Shown piece by piece: positions 8,953 through 17,950 of a DNA stretch of 32,317 bases (position 1 is the stretch's first letter; each line of letters starts with the position of its first letter). The stretch spans positions 1 to 32,317 of the forward strand of contig CANGEH010000001.1 of NCBI GenBank assembly GCA_947452665.1, given 5' to 3'. Made by a program: the position numbers and the translations under genes. Below the pieces are notes generated by a model that saw nothing but the letters and a program-made list of their open reading frames with translations, was not told where the DNA came from and searched no databases. Source of the stretch: Caulobacteraceae bacterium. Lineage in GTDB: Bacteria > Pseudomonadota > Alphaproteobacteria > Caulobacterales > Caulobacteraceae.

Positions 8953-10280
8953 ACGGGGGCGCCAGGGGCTGAGGCAGCCAGCCGCCTTAAGGCCCCAATC
9001 AGCGTGTCTCGGTCATTGGGTACAGCGCCGATCTCGTCACAAAACGACTGCCAGGCCATGCCAAGAGGCGAGACCGCGCCAAGCCTCGCAACCAGGTCTG
9101 CCGGAGGGTCAATCGCCGCCACCAGTTCGCGTACGAGCGGATTATACTGGTCCCAAAGTACGCGATTGGACGGGTCAAGCCCCCCTATGAGCAAAAGGCC
9201 AGACGGTGCCGTGTCGAGCACCACCAGGCTGAGATCAGGGCGCAAGCGTCGTAGCAGCGGCACCAACTTCCAGACATCGCCGGTCCAGACGCATGTGCGG
9301 CGATCGCGCTCGGCCTGGATGGGGTGGTTTGGCAAGATATCGTCAATCACAACAAGGCCGGCTGGCGATGCCCGCCGCTCGATATTCATGAAGTCGCGCA
9401 GGGCCGCCTCGCAATGGTGCAGGCCATCAATAAAGATCAGGTCGGGTGGCGAAACGGGCGCTTTGACTGGCGCTGCAAAATAGGCGTCACTGGTTTGTAC
9501 AACCACTGTGGTTTGCGCACCCAAGGTCGCTGTAATGTCGGGCGCAGGATCGACGCCAAGGGCGGGGCCTTTTGCGAGGGCTAGGCTCGCGCCATGGCGC
9601 ACCCCGATCTCAAAATAGCTCTGTGGCCTAACCGCCGTATGGAGCTGGGCAAGGATGTCAAGATAGGGCGCTGCGCCATTGACCGCCTCTTCTTCTGCGG
9701 TTCCAGGCTGGATATCGATGGGGGCAATCCGCGCGCGGCGGTCAACCGGTCCGGCAAAGCTTGGCTGATCATGCCGGGCAAAGACACCGACGAGGTCGCG
9801 CCAGGGCCCGCGCTCATCCAGCCAGATGTCCACGACCGCGCAATTGGCATAGCGGGCAAGTGCGCGATAGGCATCGGGATAGAACCGGTAGCAATCGACC
9901 GGATAACGATGTTCTGGCCCCGATGACGGCGCGATGAGAAAAATAAATCCCCCCGGCCGCAGCACCCGGACCATTTCGCCAAAGGCCAGCCAAAAGAACT
10001 CACAGTGTTCAAGCATTTGGCCGGAAATGACAATGTCTACCGAGCGATCGTCTAGGGGCAGACGATAAGGGTCTTGAATGACCAGATGGACACCGGGCCC
10101 GTCCGTAATATCCGCCGCCGTATAAGCATAGCGCGGGTCAGCAAACACTTCGCGATAGCTGCCATTATAGTCCGAGCCGCCAACATCGAGTACGCGCACC
10201 TGACCTTGCTGATCGAGCGCGCTGCCGACAATAAAGCGTTCAAAGCATAGATACATATTTTCGAGCGAAGACGCGTGCAT
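8949..10280 (-). CDS. tandem class I SAM-dependent methyltransferase (two MTase domains)
   Basis: N-terminal domain: VLDVGGSDYNG...ISGQMLEHC...LRPGGFIFLIAPS. C-terminal domain: YFEIGVRHGASLALA...LIFIDGLHHCEAALRDF...LVVIDDILP (Methyltransf_24-like). Confidence 0.8.
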   Translation of the reverse strand: MHASSLENMYLCFERFIVGSALDQQGQVRVLDVGGSDYNGSYREVFADPRYAYTAADITDGPGVHLVIQDPYRLPLDDRSVDIVISGQMLEHCEFFWLAFGEMVRVLRPGGFIFLIAPSSGPEHRYPVDCYRFYPDAYRALARYANCAVVDIWLDERGPWRDLVGVFARHDQPSFAGPVDRRARIAPIDIQPGTAEEEAVNGAAPYLDILAQLHTAVRPQSYFEIGVRHGASLALAKGPALGVDPAPDITATLGAQTTVVVQTSDAYFAAPVKAPVSPPDLIFIDGLHHCEAALRDFMNIERRASPAGLVVIDDILPNHPIQAERDRRTCVWTGDVWKLVPLLRRLRPDLSLVVLDTAPSGLLLIGGLDPSNRVLWDQYNPLVRELVAAIDPPADLVARLGAVSPLGMAWQSFCDEIGAVPNDRDTLIGALRRLAASAPGAPV

Positions 10281-10622
10281 GTTACCCTATTCGTCCATTG
10301 TGGATTTATAGATCTGGTTTCAACCTAAATATAGCGAATAAATCGGACCACACTCAAGTCGCATAGCGTTATGATTTTGCAACAGACATAGCGCGCCGAG
10401 GCTCATGCGCCGAGCTTCGATTTAAGAATGTTTCAGTTCGCGGCTTGAGTCCATGAAAAATTCGCATGGCCGCATAGGGGCACAATCTAGCCCCTGACCC
10501 CGAGGTTGGTCGGTCTGCTCGGCCAGAAGCCCGAGGGGCGGGAGGCGACGCTCATCGCGATTAAGCAGCCCCTTGGTGCCGAGGCCTGGCAGGGCGTCCG
10601 CTTTGGCGACACGGCGCCGGGA

Positions 10623-11414
10623 CTAGTCCAGATAACCGAGCAGTGGGCGTAGGCCCGGCGCGTGGAAGTCAAGGGTCTTCTTTTGCTGCTCAGGCAAGAC
10701 CCTTGGAACCTCGGGGCCCGTATAGGTTAGGTTTTCGCTAGCGGTTCTGCTTTCGCGCCTATCGGCGCCGGCCTCGACCTTGTCGCGCCAGTCTGCCGGT
10801 AGGTCTATGCCGCATTTGGCGAGCAGTTCTGCGAAAAACGTTTCGGCGCGACTGGAGCCAATATCCTGCACGTTTTCTACAATATCCTCATATCGGACTA
10901 GGGTGGTCCGGTCGTTCATCCAGGCCACGGCATTGAAGGTGTAAATGTCCAGCAAGCTGGGAACGCGGCCGTGAACGCCCAAAATCATCATGTTTAAAAT
11001 ATCGCTCAAGGGGGCCGCCCCGCCCTTGATATGGTTTAGATTGCCCTGAAACTCGTCGGACAAATAAAAGCGCGCACGCGCGAGCACCCATGAATAGGGG
11101 TCGCGGACCAGCACAATATGGCGCACGTCGCGTAGGGCCACACTGGCCTCGTCGGAAAACAAAAGATGGCCCCAGCTTATGTGGGGACTTGTTTGTGAAA
11201 AGGCGGGCAAGCTTTGGCGCAATATGGCGTGTTGAATAAATTCGCCGGGCCAATGCTGGGATTGATCGACAAACATCCGCATAATGTTGCGGATCAGGTG
11301 GGTGCCAGACTTGGGGATGGCGTTTAGGAGCACAGGCTGTTGCAAACGCGCGCGCGCGAACTGTTTGCCAATAGCGTCAAGATTATCAGGCTTGCCGAGG
11401 ATTTTTGCGGTCAC
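10623..11414 (-). CDS. sulfotransferase family protein
   Basis: NAIPKSGTHLIRNIM resembles the PAPS 5'-phosphosulfate-binding loop, and IVLVRDPYSWVLARARF the 3'-phosphate-binding motif. It has a GTG start, with AAGGAG 8 nt upstream. Confidence 0.8.
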   Translation of the reverse strand: MTAKILGKPDNLDAIGKQFARARLQQPVLLNAIPKSGTHLIRNIMRMFVDQSQHWPGEFIQHAILRQSLPAFSQTSPHISWGHLLFSDEASVALRDVRHIVLVRDPYSWVLARARFYLSDEFQGNLNHIKGGAAPLSDILNMMILGVHGRVPSLLDIYTFNAVAWMNDRTTLVRYEDIVENVQDIGSSRAETFFAELLAKCGIDLPADWRDKVEAGADRRESRTASENLTYTGPEVPRVLPEQQKKTLDFHAPGLRPLLGYLD

Positions 11415-11464
11415 AGGGGCGCTCCTTAGGGATGGCGCTGGGTGTCTAAAGTCTAAAGACGTAC

Positions 11465-11487
11465 GGCGGCTGGTTTCACCAGCCGCC
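11465..11487 (-). terminator. hairpin downstream of the TonB-dependent receptor gene
   Basis: GGCGGCTGG-TTTCA-CCAGCCGCC forms a perfect 9-bp stem 58 nt after the stop. The trailing sequence on the minus strand is only moderately U-rich (GUACGUCUUUAG). Confidence 0.45.
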
Positions 11488-11544
11488 GCTTAAGTTTCAA
11501 GGCCAAGCTCAAGATTAGAAAGCCCGGACTGGGCTGTTCTTAGC

Positions 11545-14500
11545 CTAGAAGCGCTTGGTTATGTTCACAAAGCCTCGCCGACCAAAATAGTCATATTGTG
11601 AGGCCAGGACCGAGACGCCGATATTGCTGAATTGACCGAGCCCTTGGCTAACCGCGGGCGGGGCGTCGTCGAACACATTGGCTATGCCGACCAGCACGGT
11701 CCAGCTGTCCATTTTTTTACGGATTGAGAGGCTGTGATAGGCCGTGAACTCAGTATTCACCTTGTACCGGGTTAGACCAGAAGAGCTGGTATCGCCGATG
11801 TCGCCGGCCGCCGAGGCCTTGCCAATCATGTCAACACTCCAAAATCCGGTCCAATCTCCGCGATCAAACCGGGCATTAAAGGTGCTGGTCCAATCGGGAT
11901 TGCCGACATCACCATTAGAGTCGACCGAATTGTCGGCAAATAGCTCTATGGTGTCTTTTGTCTGCCAGGTGGATTGAAGATTCAGGCCAAGACTTCCGGA
12001 AAGAAAATCGCGGCTGTAATCTATCGTCAGATCAATCCCCTCATTGGTTTGCTTAGCCACATTGAGGAAGCTGTCATTCACCGTCGAAATGACATGGGTG
12101 CCGTCTTGACGCGCAAACTGAGCGCAGAGGCCGTCTGTGGGGAAGCTTTCCGAATTATAGCAGCCCGATACAATGTTTGCCGCACCCAATTGGGTGACTT
12201 CGTCGCTGACCTCAATTGAGAAATATTCCACCGCCACGCGCAGATCGGCAAACTTTGGCGACCAGATGAGGCCCAAGGTTGTTGCATCGGAGGTTTCTGC
12301 CCTCAGGACACCGGCGCCGCCGCCGGTAATGACCGTCGCACTGGCACCACTACCCGAATGGTCATCAGGAATGCCGGCTGCGGCGCAATTGTCCGCTATG
12401 CGTTGAGGCAGGTTGCCGGCGAGCAGTTCATTGCCCCAATTGATGCAAGGATCTATCGAGCGCTGCGAGGCAAAAGAGGTTTGGTCCGCCAGATAAAGCT
12501 CGAACAGGGCGGGTGCGCGGAATGATGTGCCCTTTGTGGCGCGTAGACGCACCGAAGGGATCACCTGCCAGTTCAAACCAATCTTATAGGTATTGTTTGA
12601 GCCATAACTGTCCACATCCGTATAGCGGCCCGATAGGGATAGGTCGAGCATCTGGACGGCAGGCACGTCCTTTAAGAGTGGAATTTGCAGTTCACCGAAC
12701 AGTTCCTTGGTGGTGTCCTTGCCCTTGGTAATGCCCGCGCTGGAAAGACCCCAACTGTTTCCGGCTAGGGTTACAGCGCCGGGCGTATCGTTTATTTCAT
12801 CCTTGCGAATTTGAAAGCCGAATGCGCCGCCGACGGGACCCGACGGTAGGGTGAAGACATCCCCGGTCATGGTGCCTTCAATGACAAACTGATCATAGAT
12901 GGTCTTGCCGGTTTCGCGGTCAAACAAGAAGCCGGCCTCTGCTGCGGTATACTTACCGGCAAGGAAATCAGGCGAGACCCAGGAGACATCAATACAGGGC
13001 CGTTTAGAGATTGGCGTCAAATAGCCAACGCAGGACGCCGTATCGCGTTGGATCGAGTTTTCGTTAAACAGGCCAGTTGTGCCATAGTCGCTGCGGCCAT
13101 CCGATGAATAGACAGCATCTGCTAAGATGACATCTTGGGTGTATTCGCCGTCAGAGCGGCTGAATTGGCCATAGATGTCCCAGTCCCAGCCTTTTAGGGT
13201 TTCGCCAAAATTGCCCTTCAGACCAAGGAGCGCGCGCCCATAATCGACGACCTGACTGGAGCGGTAACGGTCTGTGACCGGGGTTGGGCTAAGAATAAAG
13301 GGTCCGTTAAAACCGGCTGAGAACGGGTCGCCATAGTCATAAGTATAAAGATAGGTCCAAAATTGGCGCACATCATTGGACCGGGATTCGCGGCGATTGA
13401 GCAAGACCTCGCCATACAATTCCATGCCCTTTGACAGGTCATAGCCGCCCTGAGCATAGACGGTTGTGGTCTTGACCTCGGGGATCAAGGTTGCGTTCTG
13501 GGCCAGTGGGCTATTGGCATCGACCACGGCCTCGCCGGCGGTTCCTGTATCGCCGACCACAAAAAACCCGGTCGGCGAGACCGGATAATCGCGCCCTTGT
13601 GTGTCCGTATAACTGCCGGGAATAAAGGTCGGGATATGGGCGGCTAGACTGCCATTATAGTCGTATTGCAACTTGCCGCGGCGCGCGCGGCCCCCGAAAT
13701 CATAGAGCCAGACCTGATCATAGAGTGTGCCACGACAGGCAAATGATCCGGTCCGGGGGTCAATCAGATCGGAACGAGCGCCTGAAGCGGCGTTAAAGCG
13801 GTATTGTTCCGGGCAATTTGTATAGTCGCGGTCGCCAATTTTTTGTTCAGCCTGCTTGTAGAAATCGCCACTAATCGTGAAATAACCCTTGCTGAAGGTT
13901 TTGCCCCAAGAACCGCTGGCTCGATATTGTTCACCGCCGGATTCGAACGGGCCGGTGCCATGCACCTCGAACTCACCGCCATCGAGATTGCGCTTGGTGA
14001 TGATATTGACCACCCCAGCCACCGCGTCCGAACCATAGACCGAAGAGGCGCCATCCTTCAGGATCTCAATCCGGTCTATGGAGGTTTCGGGCAAAACATT
14101 AAGGTCAAATGCGGATACGCCGCCGCGCGTACCGGCCGGTCCGGCGCGGCGCCCGTTCAGCAAAACGAGTGTGCGGTTGGCGCCAAGGCCCCGGAGCGAA
14201 ATGGTCTGGGCGCCCGGGCCGCCATCAGTAACAAAAGCGGTTGAGATGGTCGCGTTCACCTGGGGCGAGCCGGACGCAATGGTCGAGCCTTGTAGCATCT
14301 GCGCAGTTGTGACCACGCCCTTAAGCTCAGACGTCTCAGAGCGGATCACTTGAATTGGCGTGGAACTGGTGAACTCGTTGCGCTTAATGCGCGAACCGGT
14401 GACGACCAATTCCTCTACATCATCCTGCGCTTTTGGCGCGGCTGAAGCCTCCGTTGCCGTTTGAGACCAGGCTGTACTGGGGAGGCCAAGGCCCGCTAGA

Positions 14501-14550
14501 GTAAGTCCGGCAATGAATGTAGAATTCAATAGATGATTACGAGTCAACAT
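11545..14550 (-). CDS. TonB-dependent outer-membrane receptor
   Basis: 1001 aa with a signal peptide ending STAWSQT, a TonB-box-like VEELVVTGSRI, plug motifs (IEILKDGASSVYGSDAVAGVVNIITK) and a C-terminal beta-barrel ending ...VNITKRF. GGGGGA precedes the ATG. Confidence 0.95.
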   Translation of the reverse strand: MLTRNHLLNSTFIAGLTLAGLGLPSTAWSQTATEASAAPKAQDDVEELVVTGSRIKRNEFTSSTPIQVIRSETSELKGVVTTAQMLQGSTIASGSPQVNATISTAFVTDGGPGAQTISLRGLGANRTLVLLNGRRAGPAGTRGGVSAFDLNVLPETSIDRIEILKDGASSVYGSDAVAGVVNIITKRNLDGGEFEVHGTGPFESGGEQYRASGSWGKTFSKGYFTISGDFYKQAEQKIGDRDYTNCPEQYRFNAASGARSDLIDPRTGSFACRGTLYDQVWLYDFGGRARRGKLQYDYNGSLAAHIPTFIPGSYTDTQGRDYPVSPTGFFVVGDTGTAGEAVVDANSPLAQNATLIPEVKTTTVYAQGGYDLSKGMELYGEVLLNRRESRSNDVRQFWTYLYTYDYGDPFSAGFNGPFILSPTPVTDRYRSSQVVDYGRALLGLKGNFGETLKGWDWDIYGQFSRSDGEYTQDVILADAVYSSDGRSDYGTTGLFNENSIQRDTASCVGYLTPISKRPCIDVSWVSPDFLAGKYTAAEAGFLFDRETGKTIYDQFVIEGTMTGDVFTLPSGPVGGAFGFQIRKDEINDTPGAVTLAGNSWGLSSAGITKGKDTTKELFGELQIPLLKDVPAVQMLDLSLSGRYTDVDSYGSNNTYKIGLNWQVIPSVRLRATKGTSFRAPALFELYLADQTSFASQRSIDPCINWGNELLAGNLPQRIADNCAAAGIPDDHSGSGASATVITGGGAGVLRAETSDATTLGLIWSPKFADLRVAVEYFSIEVSDEVTQLGAANIVSGCYNSESFPTDGLCAQFARQDGTHVISTVNDSFLNVAKQTNEGIDLTIDYSRDFLSGSLGLNLQSTWQTKDTIELFADNSVDSNGDVGNPDWTSTFNARFDRGDWTGFWSVDMIGKASAAGDIGDTSSSGLTRYKVNTEFTAYHSLSIRKKMDSWTVLVGIANVFDDAPPAVSQGLGQFSNIGVSVLASQYDYFGRRGFVNITKRF

Positions 14551-14681
14551 GTATTCCCCCAGTTCACAAAGATGTCTATGATCACAAAAAATGCTAAACT
14601 GTGAATTTGAAAGCGGTTAAAGACATGTGTGAGCCGCATTACTATTCTGGGTAATCGGCCGTGCCACATTTGTTGAATTTG

Positions 14682-14757
14682 TTGCAAATATGACGCAATC
14701 CCCACCCTTCTTGGCGAGGGGGATTCAATATGGTCTGAGGTTGCAAAATATGCGCAA
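14682..14757. promoter_or_regulatory. two copies of a 17-nt motif in the divergent TBDR/peptidase control region
   Basis: TTGCAAATATGACGCAA (14682-14698) and TTGCAAAATATGCGCAA (14741-14757). Each is an imperfect TTGC..GCAA palindrome, set in a 302-bp AT-rich spacer. Confidence 0.3.
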
Positions 14758-14852
14758 ATATTTAACCTTATACGTGTAATGCGCGCACTTGTTAATAATC
14801 CGCTGCACTTTTCGTTGAGGCCCAGACCATATCCGAGCATTAGGGGAAGACT

Positions 14853-16901
14853 ATGTTGCCAACAAAAACGATGCGGTTTTGCTGCTCGGTTATTGCCACA
14901 CTATGTGCCTTTGCGCCCCAGATTAGTCAGGCCGCGGATGCGACCATTCCCACCGCAATGGATTTTGCGCGCAAGCCGGCTATTTCTGAGGTCTCGATTT
15001 CTAGGGACGGCGCCCATATCGCTGCACTAACCTCTGCGGACGGGGTTAAGGCGACCGTATCGATTTGGAAAACGAGCAATCTGACGGCGGGTGGCGATCC
15101 TTTTGTAATCGCCTTGGACAAGGTTGATATTCTGGGGGTCAATTTCATCAAGAATGACCGCCTGGTGATCACGACAATCCAGCCATTTACCTATGGCGCA
15201 AGCAAGGTTCACCTGATCAAGGTCTGGATTACCGATCTTGAAGGCAAGAATTTCCGCCCCCTTTTACCTGAAGGACGTGGACGCGCCGAAACGGAGCGGT
15301 TTCAAGATGCGCTAAGTTCAGCGGGCATTATCTCGACCCTGCCCCTCGACCCACAAAACGTCTTAATGGTCGATACGCGTCTTGCCACCCGCGGTGATGT
15401 CCTAAAGGTCAATGTCTATTCCGGGGCTATCGCGCGGGTCGAGCGCGGGTCTGACCGCTTTGGCGAATTGCAGTCGGATCTAAATGGCGAGGTACGTGCC
15501 CGCCAGGAGATTGGTTTCGACAAGGGGGCGGTTTATCTTGCCCAATGGATTCGCCACCCAGACACCAAGGTCTGGGAAGAACATTTCCGCTGGTACGCAA
15601 AGGATCGCGAACCGATCTCGATTGTTGGTTTTACGCCCGATCCCAATATCATCTATATCCAGTCGACTAGGGGGCACGACAAGTCGGGGCTTTATGTTTA
15701 CGATATAAAGCAGCGGAAAACCCTTGAGCCCCTGTTTGAGCACAAGGTTTTTGATGCGCTTCGTCCGCTCTTGTCGACAGACAGGGCCGATTATGGCGAG
15801 CCGCTTGGTTTTGCCTATGCCGGGTCCGGCTTAGAAGTCTATTGGACAGACCCTCGCCTTGCAGCGGTCAATAAGGCCGTGCAGATCGCTTTGAAATCGG
15901 TTCCCACCGCCGTAAACTGGACCGATCCGGCAAGCAATGAGACTAATCGGCTGTCTATTTTTGCCGATGCGCGGGTAGACATTATCGGATGGTCTGAAGA
16001 CCGTAAGGCCCTGATTGTTGAGCGGGCAGGACCCAGTGCGCCGTCTGAATACTATTTATTCAGCAGTTCCGGAACATTGAGCTTGTTAGGGCGGGCGCGT
16101 CCCCAAATCGATCCAGCCGGCTTGGGCACAGCGCGGCTCATACAATATGCCGCCCGCGACGGTCTGATGGTGCCCGCAATCTTGACGACACCGCCTAAAT
16201 CCTTGTTTGGCGCCGGGCCCTATCCGACCCTGATCGAGCCTCATGGCGGACCCTGGGCGCGCGACTATCTCGAATGGGACCCCGCCGGTTGGGTGCAATA
16301 TTTTGCCAGCCGCGGCTATGCAGTCTTGCAGCCTCAGTTTCGGGGGTCCGAAGGCTGGGGCCAGAGGCTCTGGCGGGCAGGCGATGGCGAATGGGGCCTC
16401 AAAATGCAAGATGACAAGGATGACGGCGTAAAATGGCTTATTGATCAAAAGATCGCCGCGCCTGACCGGGTTGCCATGTTTGGCTATTCTTACGGCGGCT
16501 ATGCCGCGCTTACAGCCGCCATCCGACCAAATGGGCTCTACCAATGTGCCATCTCCGGCGCCGGGGCCGCAGACCTAGCCAAGATTAAGCAAGAGACCTA
16601 TTCAAATCGGTTCGGCCGGGAGTTTCAAAACCCAACCATTCAAGGCCTAGACCCCTTGGCTAGGGCCACAGAGGCCGCCATACCCTTATTGATCTATCAT
16701 GGCGACCGCGACACAATAGTCGATATTGGCCAGTCTCGGCGGTTTGTCGAAAAACTAAAGGCCGCCGGCAAGCCGCATCGCTATCTCGAAATCAAGGATG
16801 CCGGCCACCAGCTCATCACCATGACCCCGACCATGCTTGAGATGCAACTTGTTGAAATCGAAACCTATTTAAAAACCGATTGCGGTCCCGGCGGATTATA
16901 G
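14853..16901 (+). CDS. S9 family serine peptidase (prolyl oligopeptidase / dipeptidyl peptidase type), secreted
   Basis: 682 aa with a signal peptide ...APQISQAADA and an N-terminal propeller-like region. The C-terminal alpha/beta hydrolase domain carries GYSYGGY (Ser), GDRDTIVD (Asp) and DAGHQL (His). AGGGGAAG precedes the ATG. Confidence 0.9.
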   Translation: MLPTKTMRFCCSVIATLCAFAPQISQAADATIPTAMDFARKPAISEVSISRDGAHIAALTSADGVKATVSIWKTSNLTAGGDPFVIALDKVDILGVNFIKNDRLVITTIQPFTYGASKVHLIKVWITDLEGKNFRPLLPEGRGRAETERFQDALSSAGIISTLPLDPQNVLMVDTRLATRGDVLKVNVYSGAIARVERGSDRFGELQSDLNGEVRARQEIGFDKGAVYLAQWIRHPDTKVWEEHFRWYAKDREPISIVGFTPDPNIIYIQSTRGHDKSGLYVYDIKQRKTLEPLFEHKVFDALRPLLSTDRADYGEPLGFAYAGSGLEVYWTDPRLAAVNKAVQIALKSVPTAVNWTDPASNETNRLSIFADARVDIIGWSEDRKALIVERAGPSAPSEYYLFSSSGTLSLLGRARPQIDPAGLGTARLIQYAARDGLMVPAILTTPPKSLFGAGPYPTLIEPHGGPWARDYLEWDPAGWVQYFASRGYAVLQPQFRGSEGWGQRLWRAGDGEWGLKMQDDKDDGVKWLIDQKIAAPDRVAMFGYSYGGYAALTAAIRPNGLYQCAISGAGAADLAKIKQETYSNRFGREFQNPTIQGLDPLARATEAAIPLLIYHGDRDTIVDIGQSRRFVEKLKAAGKPHRYLEIKDAGHQLITMTPTMLEMQLVEIETYLKTDCGPGGL

Positions 16902-16915
16902 TGGGGCAGTCGCCA

Positions 16916-17509
16916 TCAGCGAGCGCTCAGTAGGGCCGTGCCGAGCGCTGCGCAATCTGATTGGTGCGCTAGAAACCAAGCCCAGGCCCATTGTCCAACA
17001 AACACCGCGCCAGACATACAAAGTCCGAAAAAGAACACCTGATAGGCCTGGCCTAGGTGCTTGTACTTTTTCACGGCCAGAACCCGGCCCAATTGGTAAA
17101 TGTCTCGGATCATGGCCCGGTTTAACCGATCCTCATCGGACAGAAGTTCGAGCATCTGGGTTTCGAACTCGCTTTCCGGCATTTGCGCAAAAGCCCCAAA
17201 AAACAGCAGATTTGGGTGGGGGTTTTTGCCTTTTGTGGTGACCGGCAACATCACCATAAGCACTAGGAAGGCGGCAATAAACACGGTCAATATGATCATG
17301 ATCAGTGCGGCCGACACCTTGCCGTCATGCACCTCTTTCAGCGCTGCGGTAAGGATGATGAAGGATGCGCCCAAGAGCACATTGGCCTTAAAATCCGCCA
17401 TGGACGACAATTGGATATGATGTTGTTGAACAACACGCAAAAACTCGACGGTTTGATTGGAGCGTACGGGATTTGTCACAGCCAGCCTATTCCCCATTGA
17501 TCGGCCCAT
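16916..17509 (-). CDS. DUF5706 / Pycsar-effector (PycTM)-family membrane protein
   Basis: HIQLSSMADFKANVLLGASFII, then NLLFFGAFAQMPESEFETQMLELLSDEDRLNRAMIRDIYQLGRVLAVKKYKHLGQAYQVFFFG. From memory, this matches the conserved core of DUF5706 proteins (..LSQMADNKANI.., NLLFFGNF..M..EY..M..D.DFL...MI.DIYFLGKVLAKKY). There are three hydrophobic helices. Confidence 0.8.
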   Translation of the reverse strand: MGRSMGNRLAVTNPVRSNQTVEFLRVVQQHHIQLSSMADFKANVLLGASFIILTAALKEVHDGKVSAALIMIILTVFIAAFLVLMVMLPVTTKGKNPHPNLLFFGAFAQMPESEFETQMLELLSDEDRLNRAMIRDIYQLGRVLAVKKYKHLGQAYQVFFFGLCMSGAVFVGQWAWAWFLAHQSDCAALGTALLSAR

Positions 17510-17909
17510 ACATCTAGCGCGCCAATACTAAGGCATATACTCGCGCCTGTGCCCATGTGAGCGATGATGCGCGTGTTACCACGGACATAATAAGCGGCCC
17601 GAAATTGGAAACAGGGTGGGCGCACCCTAGGAAAACACCAAAAACAAACCACTAAGCAATCTGCTATATACGATAATCTCGAATACGCCACTACATCAAG
17701 TATAAAAACGATTATCTAGACTATAGAGGCGCGCCTGCTCAAATAAATACATTAAGACTGTTTCGTGACGTTACCCAAAATAATTTGTGAAATTATGCCG
17801 CCGTGGGTCTGAGGGGCCGCCCTTGCGGCCCGGTTTGCTCCGACCCGGCAATAGAGGGCCTCGCCGCCCATCTTCGGGCCTATGGGCTTGTGGGTCTAGC
17901 CTAAGGATT

Positions 17910-17933
17910 GGCGGTCCCATCCGAGGGACCGCC
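17910..17933 (-). terminator. GC-rich hairpin just after the cyclase stop
   Basis: GGCGGTCCC-ATCCGA-GGGACCGCC forms a perfect 9-bp stem 17 nt after the stop codon at 17951-17953. There is no clear U-tract on the minus strand. T-richer sequence (TTGCCTGTTT) follows on the plus strand. Confidence 0.4.
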
Positions 17934-17950
17934 TTGCCTGTTTCAGATGG

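Noticed and set aside
14544-14840. 98-aa minus-strand ORF spanning the TBDR/peptidase intergenic region.
   Set aside because: It lies in the AT-rich promoter spacer and overlaps the TBDR start. It has no ribosome-binding site or recognisable domain, and its composition looks like translated non-coding DNA.
17660-17720. Fur-box-like GATAATC / GATTATC hexamers upstream of the DUF5706 gene.
   Set aside because: There are only two 7-mers, 31 nt apart, not the contiguous 19-bp GATAATGATAATCATTATC arrangement. This is likely chance in AT-rich DNA.
17780-17800. CRP-like half-site TGTGA (TTGTGAAATTATGCCG) near the cyclase locus.
   Set aside because: The second half-site (TCACA after a 6-nt spacer) is absent.
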